Shown here: positions 53,501 to 64,000 of the stretch, in pieces | Numbering within the stretch: position 1 is the first letter of the stretch | Layout: each line of letters begins with the position of its first letter | NCBI GenBank assembly: GCA_043228905.1 | Contig: JBHGNT010000011.1 | Location: 14,632,001-14,696,000, forward strand | Length of the DNA: 64,000 nt | Direction: 5' to 3' | Source: Azolla caroliniana | Taxonomy: Eukaryota; Plantae; Polypodiophyta | Position numbers and translations under genes: made by a program | Notes under the pieces: generated by a model | What the model was told of the DNA's origin: nothing | The model's database searches: none | Seen by the model: only the letters and a program-made list of their open reading frames with translations

Positions 53501-55986
53501 CAGCCCGTTTAGTTCCGGCGTCTTCGGCACAGTAAACTCGAGCCGGATTCCCTTCGAGCGACAGTACTCCTGGAACTGCCCCCGGTATTCCCCTCCGTTA
53601 TCCGCTCGTATCGCTTTCAACTTCTTGCCGGATTCTCTTTCCACTCTCGCGTGGAGTTCTTTGAAGACGGACAACACTTGGTCCTTTGTCTTCAACGGCG
53701 CCGTCCACAGCTTCCGGCTGTGATCATCAATGAAAGTCACGAAGTACTGGGCTCCGCCATGTGACTTCGTTTCTACCTGACACAGATCAGTGTGCACCAA
53801 CTCCAATGGTGCGCTACGTCTCGTCGGTGGCCTTGAGTGGAAGGAGGTTCGGTTCTGCTTACCGGCCAGGCAATCGGTGCACTTCTCCAGATGCACATGC
53901 TTCACTGGAATGAGGTTGTCTTCTGCAAGCCTCTTCATCCCCTTCTCACTCATGTGGCACAGTCTCTTGTGCCACAGCTCACCGGCAGTGTCGGCTGCCA
54001 CGTTCAGCTCCTCCGGACATAGCCGGGAATTCATCAGGTACAGGGTGTTGACCTTCCGGGCCCGAGCCACTATCAGGCTCCCCTTGCTGAACTTCATGAC
54101 ACCGTTCCGGATGCTACCCGTGTAGCCTTCATCATCTAGCCTCCCGGCCGAGATCAGGTTCAATCGGACCTCCGGAACGTGTCGCACATCCTTCAACAGC
54201 ATCTTGCATCCGGTTGATGTCAACAGCCACACGTCTCCTATGCCGGCAATCCGGCATGTGCCTTCATTTCCCATCCGGACACAGCCGTGCTCACCGGCTG
54301 TGTAGGATGAGAAGTATTTCTTCTCCGGGGTCAGGTGGAACGACGCTCCGGAATCGACCACCCAGGTCATCTCTACACCGGCAAGGTTCAGCTCCTTCTC
54401 TTCGGTAATAAGCATTATCTCTTCTTCACTTGCCGCGAGTGCCGTCGTTCCTTTCCGGTCCTGCCCTCGCCGATCCGGACCTCTCCGGTCCGTGGCTCCC
54501 CGGTATGCACCGTTTCTCTCCGGTGACTTCTTCGAATCGGTGTCGTCGGCTCCGTTGTCCTTTCGGTAATGCCGACAATTCTTCCGGAAGTGCCCCGGCT
54601 TCCCACAGTGGAAGCATGTTGGCCTTCCTCTTGACTGCGACCGGGTCCCCGACTTCTCCCGTCTTTGCGGACTCCGGTTCCATTGTCTTCCCCGATCCGA
54701 TTCGGTAAGCAGCATCTTCTGATCAGAAACTGGTTCTTTATCTCTCCGACGCGCTTCTTCGTTCAAAATACTTGTCTTTACCGTTTGTAGGGACAAGTTA
54801 TCTTCGGTGCAGGAGGTGCTGAGAGTCACCACCAAGTTCTCCCAGCTGTCCGGCAATGTACACATCAGGATGATAGCTTGCATTGCATCCTCCAACGGGA
54901 ACTTGATCGCCGCAAGCTGGTTCACGAATCCCATGAACGTGCTTACGTGTTCCACCATACTCTCGCCGTCCCGGTACTTGAGGTTCACTATCTTTCTCAT
55001 CAGGGAGGTCCGGTTCAACGCATTCTTCCTCTCGTAGAGGCCCGACAGCTTCCTCCACATCTCATATGCGTTGGTGTCGTTCGCCACGTGTTGTAGAACG
55101 CTCACGTCGACGTATTGCCGAATGGTTGCAACGGCTTTCCGGTTCAGAAGCCTCCACTCCGTCTCAAGTACCCCCTTGGGTATTTCCGACCTGTCGATCG
55201 GTTCATACAGGTCCCGAACAATGAGCAGATCCTCCATCTTTATCTTCCAGTCGGCGTAGTTCTGCGAATTCAGCACCATCATCCCCGGCTGCCCGCTGCT
55301 GCCGCCTTCCATTTTCTGTGTTACCGTCGCTCTGATACCAGTTTGTCGAAATTCCGTGCTCGGCCACAACCGAGGAACAGGATCGATTCACAGAAAACGG
55401 GAAATACAACAATGCACGAAAAACAATAGAGAGAAGGGCACACTGGATGTTTTACGTGGAAAACCCTAAATGGGAAAAACCACGGGAGTGCAAGACTCCA
55501 ACTATCACTATACGCGGGAATGTACAATGGCGAGCTGCAAGGCGACGACCTTGAGCTCGCTGTCCTCGCCACAGGCGGCGGTATTACACAGAGGCGTCGA
55601 CCTCTTCCTTCCTCCTTCTCTCTCACACTCTCTCGGCTGCTCTCACTTCGCTCCCTCTTCGTGGATAACAGAAAAATGAGCAACAACGACACACTGTTTT
55701 GCCCTAAGTCATATTTATACACATATGACTTTCGGGCTATTTACAAATATAGCCTCAAGGGCTCTTGGCAAACATATTCACAAATATGTCCCCGCATCCG
55801 GATCTCTCTCCGGGTACATTCGTCATCCGGCTCCGTAACCGGGATCTTCATCATCCGGATCCGGATCCGGGTACTCTTCATCCGGCTTCATGCCGGGTAC
55901 TCTTCATCATCCGGTTCCGTAACCGCAACCGGGCTTGCCGTCATTCATCTCCGGACATCCCATCCGGAGGGACCGAAATCCCAACA
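50586..55986 (-). mobile_element. Copia-F, intact and very young; 643-bp LTRs at 50586-51228 and 55344-55986
   Basis: LTRs differ at 1 position seen (gtggaAaac/gtggaTaac). PBS-Met at 55340-55329. PPT at ~51231-51240. TSD gaaat/gaaac (4/5 match). Confidence 0.95.
51239..55312 (-). CDS. Copia-F gag-pol polyprotein, intact, 1357 aa from MEGGSSG (Tnt1-like)
   Basis: CFHCGKPGH, VDSGAS, HKRLCH/CTDC, ADNGGEY, YVDD, RNase H. No stops. Confidence 0.95.
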   Translation of the reverse strand: MEGGSSGQPGMMVLNSQNYADWKIKMEDLLIVRDLYEPIDRSEIPKGVLETEWRLLNRKAVATIRQYVDVSVLQHVANDTNAYEMWRKLSGLYERKNALNRTSLMRKIVNLKYRDGESMVEHVSTFMGFVNQLAAIKFPLEDAMQAIILMCTLPDSWENLVVTLSTSCTEDNLSLQTVKTSILNEEARRRDKEPVSDQKMLLTESDRGRQWNRSPQRREKSGTRSQSRGRPTCFHCGKPGHFRKNCRHYRKDNGADDTDSKKSPERNGAYRGATDRRGPDRRGQDRKGTTALAASEEEIMLITEEKELNLAGVEMTWVVDSGASFHLTPEKKYFSSYTAGEHGCVRMGNEGTCRIAGIGDVWLLTSTGCKMLLKDVRHVPEVRLNLISAGRLDDEGYTGSIRNGVMKFSKGSLIVARARKVNTLYLMNSRLCPEELNVAADTAGELWHKRLCHMSEKGMKRLAEDNLIPVKHVHLEKCTDCLAGKQNRTSFHSRPPTRRSAPLELVHTDLCQVETKSHGGAQYFVTFIDDHSRKLWTAPLKTKDQVLSVFKELHARVERESGKKLKAIRADNGGEYRGQFQEYCRSKGIRLEFTVPKTPELNGLAERMNRTIMERVRSMLAHAKLPKGFWAEAMSTATYVINRSPSVPLDGDTPQKVWTGKEVSYRHLKVFGCLAYVHVAKDRRGKLDPKTRPCIFLGYGDDEFSYRVWDPVDKKIFRSRDIIFMEDKTLADWESEKKMKSSKSTGEDQLYEEQSRPARDRLTLEDPAEDYEEIEPAEEDENDTGTGPDPEMDMDEEESEEPVTEAPERRYPLRERRAPRRFPEPEHVLLTDEGEPESFEEAKHDTQSRRWLSAMQDEMDSLHENHTYELVELPKGKRALRNKWVFKLKPGDAGNPPRYKARIVVKGFQQKKGVDFDEIFAPVVKMTSIRTMLSIAASMDLEVEQMDVKTAFLHGDLEEEIYMQQPEGFEKKGKEHLVCRLKKSLYRLKQAPRQWYRKFDSFMTDEGYHKTQSDHCVFVKKFEGGDSLILLLYVDDMLIVGRDQVKIRTLKKALYRTFSMKDLGPARQILGMHIIRDRKKKQLWLSQEKYVTKVLHRFNMSEARPVGSTLPGNCKLSSKQSPKTKAEKEDMMKVPYASAVGSLMYAMVCTRPDIGYAVGVVSRYMSNPGKEHWNAVKWILRYLKGTANVCLRFGSGKPELDGFTDSDMSADADTSRSTSGYVMTYAGGAVSWQSRLQKTVALSTTEAEYMAAVEAGKEIIWMKDFIRELGIRQEEYRLYCDSQSAIHLAKNAAYHSRMKHIQRRYHWIRERIEDQEFVLTKIHTEENGSDMLTKVLTPDKLGACRKRVGLERHPMPK

Positions 55987-58900
55987 GAAACGTGTAGGCA
56001 ACAACTGACGCATACAACAACTCAGGAGTTGGTCGCGCTCCGAACACAGATCGAGGAAATGCAAGGGGAGCTGTTGCAGGCAAGGGAAGGAATTCAACAA
56101 GCACAAGTTGTCACCGAGCCGGTCGGGACAACAAGGAAGCAACCAGAACCGGAACCGGAACCGGTAGCCTTGCAAACCGGCCCTGAGACCGAAAAAATAA
56201 TTGAAACCTTACGAGAGGAGTTAAAAGCTCAGGAGGCATTAAGGGAAAGAGAAAGGGAGCAGCGGAAAGCGGTGGAGGACGACAGACGAAAAATGGAAGA
56301 AGGCCTCCGGAAAGGTCGAACCGCTAATGACCGACTGCAAGAAGAAAAAGAGAAGCTGCAAAAGGAGAAGGACCGACTGCGTCGTCATGCCGAGCAGGAG
56401 ATAGAACGACTGCAGGAAGAACTCTGACAACAGAAGGACCGGGACGATCGGTTAAGAGCTCAGGCAAACCGACGCCTGAAGCAGAAGACGGAGGACTTCG
56501 ACCGTCTCTACCGAGATCACAAGCAGGCCGAGTCGAACAACAGGAAACGGGCAGCAGACTACGACCGGCAAATAGAGAAGCTAAAAGAACAGCTCAAAGA
56601 GACCCGATTAGACCTGGCTAAGGCAATAGATGAGGTCAGTGCCAACAAGGAAGCATTGTCGGCGGAAATAGCCCAAGCAACGGAGAGAAGGAAGGAATTA
56701 GAGGCGCTAAGGCGGGAAAAGCTGGATCTGACCAAGATCAGGAATGAAGAAAAGGAAAAATCGACCTTCACGATCAGCAAACTGCAAAGTACCTATGAAA
56801 AGTAGAAAGCGGATTACGAGGCCCAGGCTCAGATAATGGCCGACATTATAAAACGGGCAAGGAAGGAAAAGCAAGAAGCTTATGCGCATGCTAAGGCGGG
56901 GGTTGACCGGATCAAGCTCATCATGTCAGGATGGAGTACCCGAGCTCAGGCAAGCATCAATGAAAGTACGGAAAAGCTATGGAAGGAGTGGTCACAATAG
57001 GCAGCCGAGCTGCAGACACTCCGAGCGGATGCCGAGAATCGGAGGAAGACCGGTGACAAGTTCTACAAGATGGATGAAGAAAGTATTGTCGCCATTCGGG
57101 AAGAATTGTCGGAGGATTTCTACGCTTTAGCGGAAGAACATCTCAAAGAAATCCGAGGGTTGGTAGAGAGGTTGGATGACGGGCAGCTCGCAACTCAGTT
57201 GGAGTTGGAGAGATACGAGCAGGACCGGTTACGACAGGAAGCTAAGGGAAGAACGACGCCAATCACTATAAGTGAGGGAGAGCAACCGGCTGAAGTTGAA
57301 CCAACCGACACCGAACAACCCCGACGAGGAATACCCGAAGAAGAACTTCCGATCGAAGGAGAAGAAGAAGAGCAGGAGCAGACCGAGGCCGGAGAAGAAG
57401 AAGAGCTGAGACCGGAAGACACCAGAGCAGAGGAAGGAGGTGTATCGAGCCGACCAGTCGAGACCAGAGAAAGCGACACTGGTAACAGAACAGAGCCTGG
57501 AACAGAGGGAGAACAGGAAGAACCCGGACGAAGCGGTGAGGAAGCACTGGCACCACAGAATCAAGCAGAGCCGGAGCAGCAAATTTTTACGGAACAGCCC
57601 ACCCAACCAGAGGTCGGAGACCAGGCAGGCAAGGAACAGGAACAGGAGGAAGAAGCACCACTTGACACCATCGAGCAGAGTGTGCTCGATATTTTGGAGG
57701 AAGAATGAGGCCGGGAGTGGATTCGAAGTGCAAGGCACTTTCCCACGGGCGTGCCATGTGTTGGCCGGTCAGAAGAGCAAGGACAAGTGGGAAGGCGGAG
57801 TCGGATCGGATAATAGGAAATAAATAATAGTAGAATTATTATTCGGAGGGACGGATCCGGTACAGTTGTACCGATCCGGATCCGGACCGATTTGGATGTC
57901 GGTTGCCTAAGCGCACCGATTGTAACCTTGCCGGATGCCTATAAAAGGATCCGATGATTTGTAAAGGGTTTGACGGAAGTAATACAATAGTAATTATTGC
58001 GTGTTTATCTGTATCTTCGTATTGTTTACCGTCTGTGCTTAATTGTAATCATCTTACGCGTGTAACCTAGCATCCAATCCTTACCACCCCTTTGGAGAAC
58101 TGTCGGATAGACACCTGTGTTGAGGCTAGTCCGGCCAGGCAGACAACAACATGCTTGGTATTCAGCATCTCGACGTGCCGCACTTGAGGGGGAGAAGCAA
58201 GGGCAAAGTCTCTACCGAAACGGGCAAAGGCCAAAAAAAAAACTGTTGAACCCGTTGATAAGAGGAGAGCTGGAAGAAGAGGAGACAAGAAGATGAAGGA
58301 AGCCGAGTCGACGAAGGAAGTCGACACATCCGAATAGGTCGGAGCAAGCAGTTGTGAAGAAGAGTTGTGCACTTAGGAAGAGAAGTGCATGCTGTGTGGA
58401 GGTCATCACGACGGTACTGACCATGATGCGGAATCGAATGAAGAATTCGATTTCGGTTCACCGGCAGAAGAAGCTGAGGGAAGCATGGAGAAGGCCAAGA
58501 CTTGGAAGTGGTCCGATGTGGTGAGAGGCCTGAAGCCGGAAGTCGAATCGGAGTGTACCGATTCGGACAAGAACTGGAACGAGTCGGAGACAGCTGACTT
58601 GGATCAACAGATGGATCCGGATGAGTCAGATCGACTGAAGGCCAAGGGGACACGGACACAGCGGAAGTCGATGCCATCGTGGGAGAACCGACGGATTGGC
58701 AAGCGCCGGAGTCACAGCAACGTGAGTGCTGAGATGGGCCTATTGAGCAGACATGCCGGCCGAGAGGGTCGAGGCGCGCAGAACCAAAGGGGTCGCGGCA
58801 AACAGGACTGGACCGGACCGGACGAGGAGCGCGAGCAAGGCGGAGTGACGCCAGGAGAAGTCGGTTGGAAGAACTGACTGCCACAGAGGTCGACACTACG

Positions 58901-59343
58901 ACCCCACCTCAGGTTGAGCTTGAGGGGGAGTGTTGAGTGGCAAGCTCAACTGCAGCCGGATCGGCTGAATAAGCCGGAGCCGGTAAGCGAGACGGATCGG
59001 GCGAAACGGATCGGTATTACGGTGAGCAACCGAACCGGCAAGTAGTGGAGGCCGGGTGCAATCCGTAACCGGAAGTCCAATCGGAAGCCTAGTATAGGAT
59101 AGACTACTAGGTAGCTATAGTCTCGTAGTAAGTGTCAGATGCTCGTGTGAGCATTGAAGTACATGGTACTTCTGTCAGTCCCAAGAGGACTTGTATAAAT
59201 AGTGCTACTTAGCACAGTGTGTGTACAGAGTCTTGATATAATTTTGAAATTGTGTCCTGCTCTCTCTGTCTCTCTCGCTCTGTCTCTCTCTCTCTCTTTG
59301 TGTTGTTCTCTGTTTTACGCTTCCGCAAACACTTACGTTTACA

Positions 59344-61141
59344 CTTACCACGAGCTACGACCAATGAGCCCTGAGCGAGTTTCAATTGTCCCTCATTGAA
59401 GATGTTGCAATAGCCATCATCATCTAATATGTCGGTTGAGATAAGATGTAAGCTAATGTTGGGTACATGTCTTACCTCCTTGAGAATCAACTTTGAACCT
59501 GTGTTGATTTCCAAACAAATAGTCCCGATGCTTACCACCTTTGAAAGACCGTCATTGCCCATCTTCACAACTCCAAAATCCCCTAAAGTATAAGAAGTAA
59601 AAAACTCCCATTTAGATGTGACATGGAACGATGCTCCACTATCAACAACCCAATTAGTTTCATTGTGAGCAAGATTAATCACGTTTTCATCATAAACAAC
59701 AAGTAAATCATCTGAGGAAGTTGTATTAACACGATTAGAATTGTCATCGTTACCTTTGTTTTCATGCTTACCATTAGATGTGTGGTTCTCCTTTTTCCAC
59801 TTGTAACAATACCTCTTTATGTGTCTTGTTTTACTACAAAAATGACATTCTAGATCTTTATACCTTGAATTTGATTTACTTCTACTCCTCCCTCGGTTGT
59901 TTTGACCTTGGCTTGTATGCTTACTCCTCCCTCTTTCAACCGTCAAGACCTCTGAATGTGAGGATGTCCCTTGTGTCCTTCGTCTCATCTCCTCGTTTAG
60001 AACACCGCTCTTGACATATTCCGTAGTTACAATTCCATTTGGGGCTGCATTAGTTAGAGATACCCTAAAAGTTTCCCATGAATTAGGGAGAGTGTTTAAC
60101 AACCATAATGCATTAATCTCATCATCAAATTTCACTCCCATACCAAAAAGTTGGTCGAAACATCCTTGAAATTCATTTAGATGATCTAAAATGGAACTAC
60201 CTTCTTTATACACTAAATGCATTGCTTGTTTAAGCAAGAATAACTTATTGTTACCTGTCTTTGATGCATACAATGTTTCGAGTTTATTCCATAGAGCTTT
60301 AGCATTAGTTTCATTCACAATATGGTTTAAGACATTGTATCCCACCCATTGTCAAATAAAACCACATACTTGTTGATTCTCGAAAAGCCATTCCTCGACA
60401 GTTTTGCTCTCCGGTTTAGCATATGCAAAAATAGGTAAGTGTAGATTTTTCACAAAAAGAAGATCTTTCATCTTACCCAAGCAAACCATTGTGGAAAAAT
60501 TTGCCTCCATAAGAAGTGCTCAACCTCTACTCTGATACCACTTGATCCGAAACTTAGTAGCACTTAAACACTTATGTAAAACAGAAAATATGTTGTGCAA
60601 GATTTAAAAAGAAAACAAGAAAGATACACAACAAATCAATACACAATACACCAAAAAATTTTAATGTGGAAAACCCTCAAAGAGGTAAAAACCACGGGAC
60701 CTAGTCCAGAACTAATTCACTATCAATATAAATCTGATACACCAAAGTTCTACTCTAAACAAGTTAGAGTACTATGAGCAATCGAGGAATATGATGTTTC
60801 CTCAAAAATAAAAACTCAACAAAAAGGAACGCAAAAACCACCAAAACTCACAGCACATGGCTAATGATGGAGGTGGCGATGTCTGGATGTTTGAGTGTGT
60901 TGGTGTACTTGAGAAAGATTGAAGGAATCATCTAAGAAAGAGAGTATGGGCTCTCTGAAATCTGTTTTTCTCTGTTGCAGCAGAGAAATGCTCATTTTTC
61001 CCTTTTTAACACACTAAAAAAGAATGAGTTACATAGTGTAGATATGTAACGTCTTCTTGTGTGAACCCCTTTCACACTATTTAAAAAAAATACAAGTTTT
61101 GGGCATCCAAGGCCCATTTTATTTACTTATTAATGTGGACA
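59344..61141 (-). mobile_element. Copia-C 5' part: 5' LTR (~60543-61141), PBS-Met (60540-60531), gag-PR
   Basis: tctgatacca on plus strand; CHFCSKTRH knuckle; VVDSGAS. The outer LTR boundary is approximate. Confidence 0.85.
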
Positions 61142-62044
61142 AAAAAACCTAACATTCTTAAAGTTGGGCACCTGAGCCTTCGCCAAAACCACCCTCGCAT
61201 CACTAGTACCACTTCTAATTATGCGTTTTAGCAACCTCCTCCTTATTTCGTTGGTAATGTATGCGAATTGCTTCACCCGCAACTTTCGTGAGATCTTTTG
61301 ACAATGTGACACCATAAATTCCTTCTTCATCTTGCTCTTGGAACACACATTTGTACGACTTAACATGGTCATGAGAAGAACCTCTAGTGATAGTTCGAAC
61401 AACATGTGTGAGTTGGTACTTGGATCGAATGGCATGGGAGGCCTTATTTCAGAGAAGGATGGCAACACCCCCAATTCTAAACAAGCAATTTGCCAATGTA
61501 CCAGTTTTGGGTGATATTCTCTGTGCTTATAATCAAGGCACAACTATTGGGGTGGACAAGGAGAATGTTTTGGGTCAATGAGAGGGAAATAAGGCTAGCA
61601 CTACACCCCATCCTAGACAAGTTGTAGCTTTTCACATCACTCCTCATCTTGAACTTATGATGATCAAGCTACATAGAGATGGGCTTGGGCTAAATAGACG
61701 ACAAGTCACTATGAGAATGTCCACATCATGGGGCCCAACCATAAACATGTCAAACCTTGTCGATGCTTCTATTGGCAATGTCTTTGCTACCTTTCACGTC
61801 GAATCGGAAATATTGAACACCTTCTCGAGGGTGGAGAAGATGACGAATTCAGCCTATCAATTGGTAAGGTTGCCCAATGGAGACCAAGTGGTCATGGGTT
61901 TAACCCCTACATTCCAGAATGCCATCTAGTTAATTAAGAGATATGTATGGAGTATATAATAGAGAGGTGAGTAAAATTAGGTTTCGAACCCAAGACATAG
62001 TGTAGTGTAACAACTTACCAATAGGGTAAGCTAATTACGAGAGA

Positions 62045-62090
<46 letters not shown>

Positions 62091-62399
62091 AAAAAATGCG
62101 AGAGTGGAGAAGGGAAGAAGAAGCAAATTTGTTTTTATTGCTATGCTCTCTATTGGTAACGGAATTGAGCACAAAGAAAAGCGTTGGAAAGCCCTTGAGT
62201 AGAGCTTCGGAACGAGATATAGCAAGTTGAATTTGGCGGTTTGTACGAGAAGCAGCGATAGAAATAAGGAATCTTGTGTTGTCGGCATCCACATACTCAA
62301 AAATCATTGTGGGTCTTCGATTGCTTTCAAAATCTTCGACCTCTTCAATCGGGTGAGTTCTGATTTTCTCTCTTGTTCATGGAAAATTGTTTTTATCCC

Positions 62400-64000
62400 G
62401 GATCGATATAATGATGGACATAAACATGAATTCCTCACAAATTGTGGGGGATATTAATATGGAAACAATCGATCCAAAAAAGAGTAATGTGATGGTTGAA
62501 TGTAATCGTGAAAGGGAAGACATTGGAAGCTCTAAGAGGTTTAAGGGAATTGAAGAAATTAATGAAAAAAAATTAACATATGCCGAAATAATACATGTAG
62601 ATGAAGTTGACAAGGATCTCTATAATTGGGATAATTTATGGGGAATTGCCAATACCTTATTGTTGGATATTGTGGAAGAAAACGAAAATGCAGTGAAAGA
62701 ATGCATTGAAGAGGATGTGTGCATGATGTGGAAGTTGATGCTAAGGCAGTTTTGCAATCATTTGATGTATTCTATGATTGTGCTATTATATATTTTTTTA
62801 CCGGCAAACTCCCATATGTTAATTGGATTAAACAATGGTTGAACACAATCGTGTCACCAAATTGTGTTGAAAAAATATATATGCGGGACCACAAGGGTTT
62901 TACGATGTAGTATTTCGTTCACCGGAGCATCGAAGTGCATTGTTGGGTAAAGTTCCTATGTTTTTTGATAAATGATTGGTGCATGTTATGCAATGGTCCC
63001 CCGTAGTGGACTATCATGCTTTGTTAAAACAAGAATCTCCTATTTGGGTTACAATGGATTGCAAGCATGCTTTTTTATGGCCACTTTTACCAGAGTTGAT
63101 GAGTCAAATGGGTAAAGTGTTGGTATCTCCACATGCAAATGCTACAAATAAGTGTAGATTTTGTGTGTTATGGGATACAAGTCACAAGAGGCCAGGATGG
63201 GTGCGTATGAATGCTCTTGGTATGAGAAGTCTTTGTTTTAAACTGAAGTGGGAGACATTTGCAGGTCATTGTTTTGGATGTGGTGAATGGGGTCACTTTA
63301 TGGTGGAATGCCACGGTCATTGTCCTTGAACTACAAAGGTTCCTATTGATGGGAACGATAAGGAAGGAGTTGGGAGAGATGTTGGTGTATCAGATTTTGT
63401 GGATGAAGGAACATCACCTAGAGCAGGTTATAAAGAGGTCTCACTTCAAGGTTTGGGCCCTAAGAATAAGGGAATTGAATCTATGGATATGGAAAACCAA
63501 AGTTTAGTGGTTAAAGATAAGGGGAAAAAACCGTTGGATAGAGCTAGTAGTGATGTTGTTGACAAAGATTGGCATGAGGTTAAGGGCAAGTCGAAAGGGA
63601 AATCAATGAATATGCAGCGTAGTAGCTTGCCCACTACTCGTGTGACTACTTGGCAAGGTAATTCAGGAACTAGGGAGGGCCCTCGAAAAATTCCTTGGCA
63701 ACGACAATCTAGGGATAAGGGATTACCCCTTCACCTTCAATTTGATTCATTGGGACGAGTTGTAAATTCATCGAATTCTTGAGGTTTTCGTCAAGCGGGA
63801 GGACCTAAAAAAATAGATTTCGATAGACAACCCTAAGGATGTGGTGCATGAAAATCCATATGCAGCATTGGAGCATGCTTTGACTAGTTTCATGACATCG
63901 GTTGCTCTAAAGGAGCAAGTGCTCCCATAGCATTGTTGATTGAATGAAAGTGGTAAATATGGAATGTGAGAGGGGCATCTTCTCCTCATAAGAAGTATAT
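62400..64000 (+). mobile_element. LINE-4 ORF1 (DUF4283/RRM-like region plus CCHC zinc knuckle), decayed, running off the window
   Basis: KGFYDVVF..VHVMQWSP..PIWV..CFGCGEWGHFMVEC; preceded by a (GA)n tract at 62039-62088. Confidence 0.75.

Larger units (their letters stand above)
49189..57708 (+). pseudogene. Gypsy-E additional 3' ORF (~1,040 codons; globular N-terminus, long coiled coil, acidic tail), split by Copia-F
   Basis: The frame continues across the insertion (..LEKE|ETCRQQL..). E/K/R/Q-rich heptad-like region at 55990-57250. Stops at ~56425, ~56803 and ~56998. Confidence 0.75.
42754..58148 (+). mobile_element. Gypsy-E (non-chromovirus type), 390-bp LTRs at 42754-43143 and 57759-58148
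   Basis: TSD acatg at 42749-42753 and 58149-58153. LTRs differ at ~3 positions. PBS tggcgaccacg (Arg-tRNA-like) at 43150. Domain order PR-RT-RH-IN. Confidence 0.93.
37980..59343 (+). mobile_element. Copia-D, full-length and decayed; LTRs 37980-38388 and 58931-59343; interrupted by Gypsy-E
   Basis: TG..CA LTR pair; TSD cttac at 37975-37979 and 59344-59348; PBS tggtaccagagc; PPT tgagggggag. Gag-PR-IN-RT(YVDD)-RH at ~38484-42753, continuing after 58149, with several stops. Confidence 0.93.

Noticed and set aside
61150-61940. Short ORFs 61130-61543 and 61657-61929
   Set aside because: No recognisable domain; probably decayed TE sequence.

Overview
Eukaryotic (land-plant-like, plausibly fern or other seed-free plant; inferred) intergenic DNA made almost entirely of transposable elements. 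No host gene is evident. The standout is a 9,059-bp cut-and-paste DNA transposon (7285-16343) with 36-bp TIRs and a 4-bp TTCA TSD, inserted into a LINE. It carries three parts: (i) an intact 926-aa Sola-like DDD transposase with a possible C-terminal chromatin-reader barrel; (ii) a divergently transcribed six-exon gene for a ~974-aa protein fusing a ParB/Srx-like domain to a prokaryotic-type beta-class amino-DNA methyltransferase (DIPY ... DLFSGIGTT); (iii) inside intron 1 of that gene, seven 25-bp palindromes spaced exactly 51 bp apart. Together these suggest a transposon-encoded 'parS-like site + ParB + 6mA/4mC writer' system, which is a hypothesis. The rest comprises several LINEs, hAT-type MITEs, a circularly permuted Copia-in-Copia structure (27986-36260) and a four-level LTR retrotransposon nest (Copia > Copia > Gypsy > intact young Copia, 37456-61141). 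All coordinates were read by eye; no database searches were run.
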